Positions 9,597 through 20,305 of a stretch of 64,000 nt of DNA are shown here, piece after piece (position 1 is the first letter of the stretch; every line of letters starts with the position of its first letter). Source of the DNA: a virus. The stretch lies in IMG/VR virus record IMGVR_UViG_3300042430_001163, positions 7,498 to 71,497 of that record. The stretch is one strand, 5' to 3'. The position numbers and the translations under genes are program-made. The notes under the pieces are model-generated. The model was not told where the DNA came from, searched no databases, and saw only the letters and a program-made list of their open reading frames with translations.

Positions 9597-9953
9597 ATGA
9601 AATTTTTAAAAGAACTTACAGAATGGGCAACCGATATTCCTAATCATACTTATCTAGTAGTAGATAGTAAAGATAAGATGTTGGGATATATTCGTTCGGA
9701 TTCTAAGAAATTGGAAATGTTTAAACAACCGCTTCCATTTGATGTTCGGCGTCGCAAATTTAAACAAGTACCAAATACATTTGGTTATGTAGAGCCAAAA
9801 TTAGTAAACACTGCTAATAGTTGGCAAGTAAAATCGTCAAGTGGATCAGTATATACTATTGAGAAAAATAACTCTCGTTTGTCATGTACTTGTATGGGTT
9901 TCAAGTTTAAATCCAAGTGTCGGCATGTTGATGAATTTGTGGTGCCGACATAA
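9597..9953 (+). CDS. SWIM zinc-finger protein
   Basis: CTC.GF.F...CRH motif. Confidence 0.7.
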   Translation: MKFLKELTEWATDIPNHTYLVVDSKDKMLGYIRSDSKKLEMFKQPLPFDVRRRKFKQVPNTFGYVEPKLVNTANSWQVKSSSGSVYTIEKNNSRLSCTCMGFKFKSKCRHVDEFVVPT

Positions 9954-10165
9954 TGATATCTTATCCTCATCGTCCGCCCATTGAGAATTGGACTATGATC
10001 GGCATAGATCGTTGGCCTGTTTACGGTCAGGCCGCCATAGATTGGTGTCACGAACATTTTGATAATCGTGATGGCGAGACTGCCACGTGGCTTTATTATA
10101 CTCGTGGACAGTTTGAGTTTGAGCATGAAGAAGACGCGATGTTATTTGCACTGAGATGGGCATGA
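9953..10165 (+). CDS. F-x-L-R/K-W family small protein
   Basis: DWC...FEHEEDAMLFALRWA. Confidence 0.75.
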   Translation: MISYPHRPPIENWTMIGIDRWPVYGQAAIDWCHEHFDNRDGETATWLYYTRGQFEFEHEEDAMLFALRWA

Positions 10166-10402
10166 ATGATCACAAATTCTGACATAGACGAACATTACGA
10201 ATATTGTATCTTACTAGAGCCTAAACTATATAAAGAGGCTGTCGAGTGGTGCGAGAAAAAATACGACAAAAGCCAAACCGCCGATCACTGGACTTTGCGG
10301 CGATGGTATACAAGCGGCTCATGGTACAGCAATTTGTATTACTATCATTTTTATTTTAAAACAAACGAAGATACGTTATTATTTGTACTAAAGTGGTCAT
10401 AA
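10166..10402 (+). CDS. F-x-L-R/K-W family small protein
   Basis: EWC...FKTNEDTLLFVLKWS. Confidence 0.75.
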   Translation: MITNSDIDEHYEYCILLEPKLYKEAVEWCEKKYDKSQTADHWTLRRWYTSGSWYSNLYYYHFYFKTNEDTLLFVLKWS

Positions 10403-10751
10403 AAGGAATATTATGAAATCTAGTAAATTTAGAATTTGGGTACAAGAAATGTGGTATCAACATGAGGCGGAATGTGAGGCATATCGTGACTTTGCAAAAT
10501 CTTCAACAGAATATTGGAACACATATAAATGGTGGTTAAAACGAGAATTCAGATATCGTAATTCGGACAAATAATCTATTGTAGTTAATATCAATCTATG
10601 TTATAATTATTTATATAGGAAATAAAATGAAATTTTTAGCTGGTGTGGTAGTTGGTGTTGTTCTCTCTGTTATTGGAGTAGATGGTGCTGTTCGTGTACT
10701 TACCAATGCCGTAGATTCTATCAAAACATATTCACAAGGTTTGTCCAAATA

Positions 10752-11012
10752 ATGTTTAACTTTTTAAAATCATCAAAATCTGATTATATTGTTCCGCCTG
10801 ATCAGGCGCCTGAAATTCAATATTCTATGCCAGAGAAAAAACAAGCTAACGGTGGATATACTGTTGGAATCAATAGTATGGGTTTTACTACATTGACATT
10901 AATTGATGGTAATTCTAGTATTACTATGACCATGACAGACACTGGGATCAATAAACTTATCAGTCTATTACAGGCTGCTTTGTCAACTGAACATGATGAA
11001 GTTGAAGAATGA
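10752..11012 (+). CDS. hypothetical protein
   Basis: 86-aa ORF; ATGA overlap with the MTase. Confidence 0.6.
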   Translation: MFNFLKSSKSDYIVPPDQAPEIQYSMPEKKQANGGYTVGINSMGFTTLTLIDGNSSITMTMTDTGINKLISLLQAALSTEHDEVEE

Positions 11013-11757
11013 ACGAAATTCATAACGAAGATTGCATGATCACAATGGCAAAAATGGCAGATGCGTCTGTTGATTTGATTGTTACATCTCCCCCTTATAA
11101 TAAATGGAAAAACGTAAGAGTTCAAAAGAATAGAGCAGAATACTGGAATCGTACTAATATCAAATATGACAACTATAATGATAAAATGTCTGACGAAGAT
11201 TATGAAAACTGGCAAATTAATATTATAAATGAATGTTTACGAGTATTGAAGCCAACTGGTACAATTTGCTATAATCATAAAGACGAAATTCATAACTTCA
11301 CAGTTAAATCACCATTGCAATGGATTTTCAAAACAAATGCGTGTCTTAGACAATCTGTTATTTGGGATAGATGTGGAATGCAAGCATATAATCCAGTAAG
11401 ATTTTATCGCCTAGAAGAATACATTTATATTCTAGGTCATCATAACAAAAAATTCAAATGGAACAAAGATGCTGCCAAATATAATTCTATCTGGCGAATT
11501 CCACCAAACAGAAATATACACGGACATCCAGCAACTTTTCCAGAAGAAATTGTGAAACGATGCATTGAGGCATTTACTGAGGAAAACGATATTGTGTATG
11601 ATCCATTCAATGGTTCCGGTACTACTACTTTAGTATCTAAGAAAATGAATAGACAATATATTGGGTCAGACATTTCGCAGAAATATTGTGAAGTGGCATT
11701 GTCTAGAATTAATGACTATGTATCCTTAGTTAATTTAGGAGTTGAAGAATGAACGAA
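11000..11757 (+). repeat. 18-bp direct repeat flanking the MTase
   Basis: AGTTGAAGAATGAACGAA at 11000-11017 and 11740-11757. Confidence 0.85.
11009..11752 (+). CDS. DNA N4-cytosine/N6-adenine methyltransferase (beta class)
   Basis: TSPPY catalytic motif precedes HPATFP and DPFNGSGTT SAM-binding motif. Confidence 0.9.
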   Translation: MNEIHNEDCMITMAKMADASVDLIVTSPPYNKWKNVRVQKNRAEYWNRTNIKYDNYNDKMSDEDYENWQINIINECLRVLKPTGTICYNHKDEIHNFTVKSPLQWIFKTNACLRQSVIWDRCGMQAYNPVRFYRLEEYIYILGHHNKKFKWNKDAAKYNSIWRIPPNRNIHGHPATFPEEIVKRCIEAFTEENDIVYDPFNGSGTTTLVSKKMNRQYIGSDISQKYCEVALSRINDYVSLVNLGVEE

Positions 11758-11961
11758 CGGATTAAACAAATCTTATTACAAGTTGTGCCAATGGCAGGCG
11801 AGGACGGTGAATACTTGCCATCACTACATACGCCCCAAGATATTGAACAGTTTGCCCAGTTGATTATTAGAAAATGTGCTAAAGTTGCCGATCTTGCTGA
11901 AGAGAACAAATGCGAATGGATTGGTGGAAATATTCTAACACATTTCGGAGTTCGAGAATGA
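11749..11961 (+). CDS. MNE...FAQLII..C...HFGV family protein
   Basis: Paralogous to 48879, 53201 and 63803. Confidence 0.7.
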   Translation: MNERIKQILLQVVPMAGEDGEYLPSLHTPQDIEQFAQLIIRKCAKVADLAEENKCEWIGGNILTHFGVRE

Positions 11962-12149
11962 CAAGACGATCTATTAAACTAGAAGGTACTGATATAGTAC
12001 TAGAGTTATCCAAGTTTGCTACTCCAAAAACAGACAAAGAGTTTATTCATCTTGATAAATTACCAGATGGATCTTGGAGACTATTGTACAACGTTAAAGA
12101 TACAGATATTCAAAATATTACAGCATTAACAATTGTGAGAGAAGAATGA
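11958..12149 (+). CDS. hypothetical protein
   Basis: ATGA-coupled start MTRRS. Confidence 0.55.
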   Translation: MTRRSIKLEGTDIVLELSKFATPKTDKEFIHLDKLPDGSWRLLYNVKDTDIQNITALTIVREE

Positions 12150-12343
12150 AAGTTAATTTTTATTATGTAGTTAAAGTACATCAACCTGGAACTGATAGTA
12201 TAGATCGTTCAGCAGATGCAGAATATGTGGCTGGCCCATTTAGAACAGATGGTGAAGGTCGTGATTATATCAAAGATAACTTTGATCAAAGTACTCGCAT
12301 GATTCATACAGTTGCACATATTAATACTAAAGTGAGTCTATGA
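12146..12343 (+). CDS. hypothetical protein
   Basis: ATGA-coupled ORF. Confidence 0.55.
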   Translation: MKVNFYYVVKVHQPGTDSIDRSADAEYVAGPFRTDGEGRDYIKDNFDQSTRMIHTVAHINTKVSL

Positions 12344-12630
12344 TGAACTATAAATGGATTGGTTCCACACCAGAAAAAGATCATTATTTGATTTGGGGTA
12401 TTATTGAACTTGATCGTGCTGGATTTGATCCAGTTGCAAACGATAATGTCAATACATATAGAATGTTTAGTGGTCGTTCAGATAAAAAATTAACTACTAA
12501 AAATTTTATTGATACTGAAGGTAGTATCATTGAATTAATCAACCGTAAACAACTTAAAGGCTATACAATTCTTCCAGAACAAAAATTTTTAGAATTAATG
12601 CCAAACGTTGAGAGAACATTGACAGTATGA
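12340..12630 (+). CDS. hypothetical, possibly WGR-like domain
   Basis: W...SGR...KQLKGY pattern. Confidence 0.45.
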   Translation: MMNYKWIGSTPEKDHYLIWGIIELDRAGFDPVANDNVNTYRMFSGRSDKKLTTKNFIDTEGSIIELINRKQLKGYTILPEQKFLELMPNVERTLTV

Positions 12631-12833
12631 TTGATATTGATGAACAACCATTGACGTTTGGGAAATATATCGGCTATAGTTCCGATCAAGTTGCTGCGAC
12701 TGATCCAGAATATTTGGTTTGGTTATATGACAATAGCGAAGTAAAACCATGTACTAAACATTTACGTGACTTATGTGAAATGGATATTATAGAAAAACAA
12801 GAATTGTTAGATGATAATGATACAGAATATTAA
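12627..12833 (+). CDS. small FGKY-motif protein (ExoX C-terminal-like)
   Basis: LTFGKY.G......DPEYLVWL. Confidence 0.55.
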   Translation: MIDIDEQPLTFGKYIGYSSDQVAATDPEYLVWLYDNSEVKPCTKHLRDLCEMDIIEKQELLDDNDTEY

Positions 12834-12842
12834 AGGTACAAT

Positions 12843-14171
12843 ATGAGTTCAAATTGGATTAGAAAACTAAACGAATCAAATAGTAAACTTCACAAAGAAG
12901 ATGTTTTTAAACAAGCATTGTCTTTTGCAACATTAGGTGATAATAACAGTCATCGTTTTCTTACATTGGTTAATTATTGTTATAATCCAATGATAACATT
13001 TGGAGTAAAACAAGTTTCAGAAACAGTTGGAATCATCAATGCAGAAAACCCATGGGTAGAATTTCAAAGTTTATTAGATTCTTTACGTAATAGAGAATTA
13101 ACTGGTAATGCGGCTCGTGATGCCATTGAAGCCATGAGTCTACGTTTTGATAGTGACGAATGGAATGAATTTTGTGTGGCAGTATTAAGAAAAGATTTAC
13201 GAATCAATTGTAGTGAAAAGACAATTAATAAAGTTTGTAAAAAAACTGATTATGAGATTCCAATTTTTAGTTGTCAATTGGCAACCAGTTGTGAAGATAG
13301 ACCACAAATGAAAGGTTTAATGCGACTTGAACCAAAATTGGATGGAGTTCGTGTTCTAATGTGGTGTGCATATGATGCATCAAATGATGCCGTGGCAGTA
13401 GTTGCATATAGTCGTAATGGAAAAGTATTTGATAATTTTGGTCATATTGAAAGTCAAATTTCAAATCAATTAAAACATATTTCAAAAATTACTGGATATG
13501 ATTCATTCTTTCTAGATGGTGAAGTAGTAGGTAAATCATTCAATGAACTAATGAGAGTGGCTCGTAAAAAAGATGGTGTTGCGGCTACTGATAGTGTATT
13601 TCATATATTTGATTTTATCCCTCGTGTTAATTTTCAAGAAGGTTATTGGAATGATCAACTACACAAGCGTCTAGCAATCTTGGATAAAATGAAATCTTTT
13701 ATTAACAACATGCCAAACGTAGAATATTCAGATCATCTTATTGTCAATCTAGATACTACTCAAGGTTGGGAACAAATGGAGCGTTATGCCAAAAATTGCG
13801 TCAATGATGGTTATGAAGGTATCATGATCAAGACATTAGAGGCACCATATGAATGTAGACGTAGTACATTTTGGATGAAATGGAAACCTGTAATTACAGT
13901 TGACTTACAAATTGTTGAAGTGGAACAAGGTACAGGTAAAAATAGTAATCGCATGGGTGCTTTTGTTTGTGAGGGTATAGATGATGGTAAATTCATTAGT
14001 GTGAATGTTGGTAGCGGAGTGTCGGATTCTGAACGAGAATCTTACTGGGAAAATCGCGATACATTGATTGGTCGTACAGTTGAAATTTTATGTGATAGTG
14101 TTAGTCAGAATCAAGATGAATCTTATTCTTTGCGCTTTCCACGTTTTGTTCGTTTTAGAGATGATAAGTAG
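12843..14171 (+). CDS. lig: ATP-dependent DNA ligase
   Basis: EPKLDGVR (KxDG), LDGEV, EGIMIK, WMKWK, SLRFPRF. Confidence 0.95.
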   Translation: MSSNWIRKLNESNSKLHKEDVFKQALSFATLGDNNSHRFLTLVNYCYNPMITFGVKQVSETVGIINAENPWVEFQSLLDSLRNRELTGNAARDAIEAMSLRFDSDEWNEFCVAVLRKDLRINCSEKTINKVCKKTDYEIPIFSCQLATSCEDRPQMKGLMRLEPKLDGVRVLMWCAYDASNDAVAVVAYSRNGKVFDNFGHIESQISNQLKHISKITGYDSFFLDGEVVGKSFNELMRVARKKDGVAATDSVFHIFDFIPRVNFQEGYWNDQLHKRLAILDKMKSFINNMPNVEYSDHLIVNLDTTQGWEQMERYAKNCVNDGYEGIMIKTLEAPYECRRSTFWMKWKPVITVDLQIVEVEQGTGKNSNRMGAFVCEGIDDGKFISVNVGSGVSDSERESYWENRDTLIGRTVEILCDSVSQNQDESYSLRFPRFVRFRDDK

Positions 14172-14185
14172 TTAAGGAGATTATT

Positions 14186-14407
14186 ATGTCTAGTGATATA
14201 GAACAATTTATTGGTAAAGAATATATATTTGATGATGGAAGATCAATTAAGATTGTTGATATAAACTTACGTGATACTGGTGAAGTTCAATACTATGTTA
14301 ACTATGAAGTTAAATACTCTAAAACTAGTATCCCAAAAAGAATGTTAATGGCTGAAAAAGAATTTATTAGTAATTTCAATCATTTATTCTTTGACAAACC
14401 CAACTAA
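14186..14407 (+). CDS. hypothetical protein
   Basis: AAGGAG SD. Confidence 0.6.
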   Translation: MSSDIEQFIGKEYIFDDGRSIKIVDINLRDTGEVQYYVNYEVKYSKTSIPKRMLMAEKEFISNFNHLFFDKPN

Positions 14408-14425
14408 TAATATGATAAATACTGT

Positions 14426-16312
14426 ATGTTCTTAACCTATCTTATGCTTGCAGTGGCACTATGTCTTAGTGTTATTGCAGAATTTTATTCTATTGTCGGA
14501 TTAGCGGCAATTTTTGCTGGTGCACCAATGTCCATTATTATTATGGGCGTAATACTTGGAACATCTAAATTATCCATAACAGTTTGGTTACATGAATTCT
14601 GGGATCAAGTTAAATTGGCAATGAAAATTTATCTTGTATCTGCTGTAATTGTTCTGATGTTTCTTACCAGTATGGGTATCTTTGGATTTCTAAGTAAAGC
14701 ACATATTGAACAAGTAGGTGTTGGTCAAGAAAACGCAGCACAGATACAACGCATTACAGTAGAACTTAAACGTCAATCTGAGATAGTAATCAAGGCAGAA
14801 GAGCGTGCAAAGACATTGGAAACATCTGGCACTGGTGCTGATGCCAATGTAAACAGTCAAATTAAAACAGAACAAGATCGTATTGATAGTGCATTAGCTC
14901 GTGTACAACCTGCTATTGATGAACAACAAAAGATCATTGATGGACAAACTAAACTATACAGTGATCAAGTATCCAACATTGATAGTCAACTTTTACAATT
15001 ACAAAAGTTTATTGATGCCAAAGAAGTGGACAAAGCACAAGCCTTGGTTGGGGTTAAATCAGATGGAGATTGGGGACCTGGTACTGCTCGTGCAGTTACT
15101 AACTGGAAGGCAGCTCGTGCATTAGAGCGAACTGCAGCAGTATCCAAGTTAGAAGAAGCCAATAAGGATCCTACTATACGTGCTGCTCGTGAAGAGATAC
15201 TACGTATACGCAAGACAGTAGAAACACAAGTATCTGAATCAAATAAACTTATTGATCGTCTGCGTAATCAATTGGGCAAAGGTGATACTGCATCAGTAGA
15301 AACATTGGTCAATGAACAACAAGAAAAAATCAAAAATGCCAATTTAGAAATAGAAAAACTAACACAAAAAAAGTATGAGTTAGAGATAGAATATAGAAAA
15401 TTTGAAGTAGAAGTTGGACCAATCAAATATATTGCAGATTTAATCTATGGAGAAAATTCTGACAAGAATATGTTGGAACATGCAGTTCGTTGGATGATTA
15501 TACTAATCGTAGCAGTGTTTGACCCACTAGCAGTTATGATGTTATTGGCTGCTACTGAAAGTATGATGTGGATTCGTCAACGTTTACCTAAATCAAAAGA
15601 TCCAATTGATGAATCAGAAAAATCACGTTTATATGATAAATTAAATGACAATGAGGAACTATTAAAAAAGACACAGAGCGAACGTGACAAATTATTTAAG
15701 GCTCATAGTCACGAAATGGAACGTGCTGATATATTAGCAGTTAAATTAGAAGAAGTTGAAAGTCGTACTCGTAAAAGTCTTGACGAATTATTAGATGAAA
15801 CTCCAGAAGTAATAATATTTGAAACACAGAATCCTGATACTGCCGTAGGTAGTGAAGTGGAAACTCTATCAACATTTATTGATGAACCAACAATAGAAAT
15901 TCCAGATGAAATAAAAACAGAAGGTGTTACTAGTGAAAAAGTAGTATATAAAGAAATGAATGGATATGTTACATTTGATGGTAAGTTAATGAGTGTTGAG
16001 GCTCTTAAGACATTACGTCCAGATTTGTTAGTATCAAGTAATACAATAACACAAATTATGTTTGGATCTAAATTCCCACAATTTGCTAAAATTGGAGATA
16101 TCTATATCAGAACAGATGTAATACCACATATTGTGTTTAAGTTTAATGGTCAAAAATGGATTAGTATAGATAAAAAGTTTAATAATTCATATATACAATA
16201 TATTCCATATATTAAATATCTAATTCAGAAAATAGAAAGTGGTGAATATGATGCTGAATTATTAACTGATAATGAACGAGATGAGATTGCCACTCATTTA
16301 GAGTCAAAATAA
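14426..16312 (+). CDS. membrane-anchored coiled-coil protein
   Basis: Three N-terminal TM helices (GIFGFLSKAH), long coiled coil, EVGPIKYIA, VFDPLAV TM segment. Confidence 0.75.
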   Translation: MFLTYLMLAVALCLSVIAEFYSIVGLAAIFAGAPMSIIIMGVILGTSKLSITVWLHEFWDQVKLAMKIYLVSAVIVLMFLTSMGIFGFLSKAHIEQVGVGQENAAQIQRITVELKRQSEIVIKAEERAKTLETSGTGADANVNSQIKTEQDRIDSALARVQPAIDEQQKIIDGQTKLYSDQVSNIDSQLLQLQKFIDAKEVDKAQALVGVKSDGDWGPGTARAVTNWKAARALERTAAVSKLEEANKDPTIRAAREEILRIRKTVETQVSESNKLIDRLRNQLGKGDTASVETLVNEQQEKIKNANLEIEKLTQKKYELEIEYRKFEVEVGPIKYIADLIYGENSDKNMLEHAVRWMIILIVAVFDPLAVMMLLAATESMMWIRQRLPKSKDPIDESEKSRLYDKLNDNEELLKKTQSERDKLFKAHSHEMERADILAVKLEEVESRTRKSLDELLDETPEVIIFETQNPDTAVGSEVETLSTFIDEPTIEIPDEIKTEGVTSEKVVYKEMNGYVTFDGKLMSVEALKTLRPDLLVSSNTITQIMFGSKFPQFAKIGDIYIRTDVIPHIVFKFNGQKWISIDKKFNNSYIQYIPYIKYLIQKIESGEYDAELLTDNERDEIATHLESK

Positions 16313-17881
16313 TTAGAAAGTTAAACTTAATCCTGGTGTAATCTGAAATGTCCCACTAACTGACAATGTAGTTGTATTAGTGTCAGTCTGATATGGTTGA
16401 TAAGTGAATAAATTAGAACCACCATGTAAACTGTCAGCATTGCTATAATCAGTAGACAATCCAGTACTATATAGTGCATCTGAAGTTCCAACATCTAATA
16501 TTTCTTGTTTAATTTGAGCAGGAGTATAACTTGGATATTTTTGAGCCATTTGTGCTGCCACACCAGCAACATTTGGACTTGCCATACTAGTACCACTGAT
16601 ACTCATTATCTTATAACTAGAATTAAATGGATAATTAGTAGTTGCCCCAAATGCATTAGTTGTACTAGTAGTACTAACAATATTTGTTCCGGGTGCCCAA
16701 ATATCTACTCTTGGACCAGATTCACTGGATCCTGATTTTCGTTCTGGACTATCATATGCAGTGCTTACATTACCCACACAAATTACGCCTGGCGCGGATG
16801 GAGGACTACCTCCTTGCATATAATACATTGTACCATTTACTGAACTAGTAAACGTGTTATTGTAATCTAACCCACCGGGAATATCAATAGTTTGATAATA
16901 GTTACCGGCTGATCCACATAATATTACCCCAGCACTTAGTAGTTCATCAACATCAACATCAACAGTTCCTACTCTGATTCCAAAGTAATTATTTGATCCA
17001 CCAATCATTCCATAGGCAGATTGTTTTGTTGTTCCTGTCCATGAAGTTCCGCGATAGACACCATTGGTAATATTAGTAAATGAATTAACATAACTCCAAC
17101 TCATATTAACTACAGTTGGTCTTTTATATCCAGTAAGTGGATCAATTGGTTTATTTAAATGCCATCCTTTTATAACATCAAATACATCACTAACTGGTAA
17201 TCCTTGAGTTCCTCCCCCATTAAGTCCCTCAACCATGACTGAGTATACTCTAGCATTTTTAGCTCGTCCATATGTTAAACCAGCAGCAATTCCTGCACAG
17301 TGTGTTCCATGACCATCAGTATCAGTATAAAAAAGATTATCAGCGGGTTGAGTACCCGCTAATCCACTCTCTGTATACCAATTTATTTTTTGAACTCTAG
17401 TTACTCCTAATGAGTCATTAAATTCTGGATGATCACACTGTAGACCACTATCTTGAACAACAAAATCAACACCAGTACCATCTAAAATATAATTATAATT
17501 CAATGTACCGCTGGATCCTGGTGTATTATTAGTAGTACTGTTTAGTCTAAATAATCCCCAATTAATTCCCATGTTATTAACAGGATTTGTTCCTGGAGAT
17601 TTATAATATAATCCAGTCTGAGTTGTACAATGTTTTATTTCTATATCAGTACGTTGATCCGGTGGTATTTCTACACAATATACTCTAGGATCGTTTCTTA
17701 ATAAGTCTGCTTCTTCATCTGATAATTCATATGTACAAGTTCGTAAACTCAAGTCACGATTGTTGACAATTTCTACTCTACGACTTGGGACAAAATTATC
17801 ACCGCTAGATAGATTTTCAATTTCATTCCAGAATTGATTATAATCAATATCTTTGTTTAAACTTACAGAATATTCTCTCAT
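16313..17881 (-). CDS. subtilisin-like S8 serine protease
   Basis: Catalytic triad motifs VVQDSG, HGTHCAG, GTSMASP; N-terminal propeptide. Confidence 0.92.
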   Translation of the reverse strand: MREYSVSLNKDIDYNQFWNEIENLSSGDNFVPSRRVEIVNNRDLSLRTCTYELSDEEADLLRNDPRVYCVEIPPDQRTDIEIKHCTTQTGLYYKSPGTNPVNNMGINWGLFRLNSTTNNTPGSSGTLNYNYILDGTGVDFVVQDSGLQCDHPEFNDSLGVTRVQKINWYTESGLAGTQPADNLFYTDTDGHGTHCAGIAAGLTYGRAKNARVYSVMVEGLNGGGTQGLPVSDVFDVIKGWHLNKPIDPLTGYKRPTVVNMSWSYVNSFTNITNGVYRGTSWTGTTKQSAYGMIGGSNNYFGIRVGTVDVDVDELLSAGVILCGSAGNYYQTIDIPGGLDYNNTFTSSVNGTMYYMQGGSPPSAPGVICVGNVSTAYDSPERKSGSSESGPRVDIWAPGTNIVSTTSTTNAFGATTNYPFNSSYKIMSISGTSMASPNVAGVAAQMAQKYPSYTPAQIKQEILDVGTSDALYSTGLSTDYSNADSLHGGSNLFTYQPYQTDTNTTTLSVSGTFQITPGLSLTF

Positions 17882-17883
17882 GA

Positions 17884-20250
17884 TTAAATTAAATTAGCCC
17901 AAGCACCGTTTTCATAACCCTGAAATTTGTTAAGATCAGTATCATATAATATGTCACCATTGACGGCAGTTATTGCAGTTTTTTGTATTGTGGTTAATTT
18001 TGGTAGTCTGAATACAGCACCACCAGTAACATTAACTACCGTTGTTCCCTGAAGAGTAATACTAGTAGTAGATACAAATGTTGGTGTTCCAACAGTGTTA
18101 CTAACAATATTACCACTAATATTAACATTACCAGCACTAATATTACCAGTTACATTTAGACTACTTAATGTACCAACTGATGTAATATTAGGTTGAGCAT
18201 TTGTAGTTAATGTTCCAGTAAAGAAATTCGCAGTTGCTAAATTTCCAAGACTGGCATTTCCACTGTTGACGTTTCCAACGGCAGTCAACGTTGTTCCACG
18301 AATATTACCACTATTAGCATATACATTACCAGCAATTACATCGTTAGTTACTGACAATGATGATAAAGTTCCGACTGATGTAATATTAGGTTGAGCATTT
18401 GTGGTAATAGTACCAGTCAATAATGATGCACCAATTGTACCACTATTAGCATATACATTACCTGCAGTTATATTGTTAGTTACTGATACACTAGATAATG
18501 TACCAACTGATGTAATATTAGGTTGAGCATTTGTGGTAATAGTACCAATCAATAATGATGCACCAATTGTACCACTATTAGCATATACATTACCAGCAGT
18601 TACATCGTTAGTTACCGACAATGATGATAAAGTTCCAACTGATGTGATATTAGGTTGTGATGCAGTTGTTAGTACACCAGAATAATAATTTGCAGTTACT
18701 AAATTACCTAAACTTGCATTTGATCCATTTACATTTCCGTTTGATTGAATTGTATTTGCAATTACTACATTTGGGACAAGTAAATTACCAGTACTTCCAA
18801 AAGTAAATGTATTAATAGTATTTGAAGTTGAAACAGTTTTAATACGATAAGCGACAGGAATATAAGCCCCACTAGATTGAGGTAATGCAATTACTTGCAT
18901 CTCTGTTGACCCAGCAAAACTCCATCCTGAAATAGAATTAATAGTCAATAGTCCATTTCCTGTATATCCTTGATAAGAAACTTTGAAAATGTCATCATCA
19001 ATCTCAACTTTATAAACATTCCCGTTATCTGTTCCTCTAGCTCTTGACATAGCCATAGTATACTGTGTGGCTATATTACTATATATATGTTGACTAATTT
19101 CTCCAGGAATTGTTAAGATGCCATCATCGTCTAATCTCAAATTATATTTAAGACCATCATTATCAGTAGAATATATGTTAACTACTGATGGAATATATGA
19201 AGATCCACTAGAAGCAGATCCATTAGCAATAATATTAATTCCACCGCCAGATTGATATTGGTTATATGAAGTATATCCTGAACTTTGAATATTCAATATT
19301 TTATCGCTAGTTTGAACAGCGGTGGGTGATACATTAGAACCACGAGATTTTTTCATTGAGATGCCAAATAAATTGGCATCATTTGATGATGTACTAATTG
19401 TTATTCCGGTATTACTATTAGGAGTAGTAACATTAAGACTACTCACTGATAAATTACTTGGTAAATCAACAGTTATATTTCCACTAGTTGTAATCGGGCT
19501 ACCAGTAATTGTAAGAGTATTACTTAATACTCCAACTCTAGTTACTGTACCAGTCCCTCCACCTCCACTACCAGTCGCACTAATAGTAACGGCACCGTTT
19601 GATTGATTTATAGATACTCCACTACCAGCAACAATACTAGTTACCCCAGTATTAGTTATAGCTATTGTTCCGCTTGTTGTAATTGGACTTCCGCTTACTG
19701 ATAAACCTGTCCCACCAGTTACAGAAACACTAGTAACAGTTCCACTACCACTACCATTTGATGCGCTGGTTACTCGTCCATATTGATCCACTACTATATT
19801 AGCACTAGAATATGACCCTGATACGGATGGACTAATATTGGGTAAATTAACACTAATATTTCCACTACTGATTATTGGACTATTAGTAACTGATAAAGTG
19901 CCACTAGTAATACCAACACTATTTACTGAGCCACCACCACCATTTCCTGTACCAGTACTATTAATTAGTAATGCACCGTTACTACCTGGTGATCCGCCGA
20001 GTGTCGTAATTGTTACGTTTTGCCCAGCTATTAAACTAGTTACGCCAGTATTGGTAACAACAAATGTTGAAGAATTACTATTACTAATAGCAATCCCATT
20101 ACCTGCCACCACTGATTGAACTTGTCCAGCAGTTGTGAATAATTCAGTGAAATTGTTCTGTATAATGTTAAACGCTGTATACAAACTATCTGAGTTTGCT
20201 GAGTCGTTTGGTTGACCAATATTGATTGTTTGTTGACCTGGGATTGTCAT
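17884..20250 (-). CDS. tail fibre/baseplate-associated structural protein
   Basis: N-terminal INIG...ND...DSL..AF..I..NF.EL; G/S/T/N-rich repeats (TNAQPNITSVGTLSSL x4); C-terminal YDTD..KFQGY..G.W. Confidence 0.7.
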   Translation of the reverse strand: MTIPGQQTINIGQPNDSANSDSLYTAFNIIQNNFTELFTTAGQVQSVVAGNGIAISNSNSSTFVVTNTGVTSLIAGQNVTITTLGGSPGSNGALLINSTGTGNGGGGSVNSVGITSGTLSVTNSPIISSGNISVNLPNISPSVSGSYSSANIVVDQYGRVTSASNGSGSGTVTSVSVTGGTGLSVSGSPITTSGTIAITNTGVTSIVAGSGVSINQSNGAVTISATGSGGGGTGTVTRVGVLSNTLTITGSPITTSGNITVDLPSNLSVSSLNVTTPNSNTGITISTSSNDANLFGISMKKSRGSNVSPTAVQTSDKILNIQSSGYTSYNQYQSGGGINIIANGSASSGSSYIPSVVNIYSTDNDGLKYNLRLDDDGILTIPGEISQHIYSNIATQYTMAMSRARGTDNGNVYKVEIDDDIFKVSYQGYTGNGLLTINSISGWSFAGSTEMQVIALPQSSGAYIPVAYRIKTVSTSNTINTFTFGSTGNLLVPNVVIANTIQSNGNVNGSNASLGNLVTANYYSGVLTTASQPNITSVGTLSSLSVTNDVTAGNVYANSGTIGASLLIGTITTNAQPNITSVGTLSSVSVTNNITAGNVYANSGTIGASLLTGTITTNAQPNITSVGTLSSLSVTNDVIAGNVYANSGNIRGTTLTAVGNVNSGNASLGNLATANFFTGTLTTNAQPNITSVGTLSSLNVTGNISAGNVNISGNIVSNTVGTPTFVSTTSITLQGTTVVNVTGGAVFRLPKLTTIQKTAITAVNGDILYDTDLNKFQGYENGAWANLI

Positions 20251-20305
20251 TGTTATTTTCCTCTATCTTATATTTATCTAATTTGATAGAGAAAATACAC
20301 TAGAA

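Noticed and set aside
18160-18680. Roughly 126-nt repeats as a mobile or non-coding element
   Set aside because: They are in-frame protein repeats within the fibre-like gene.
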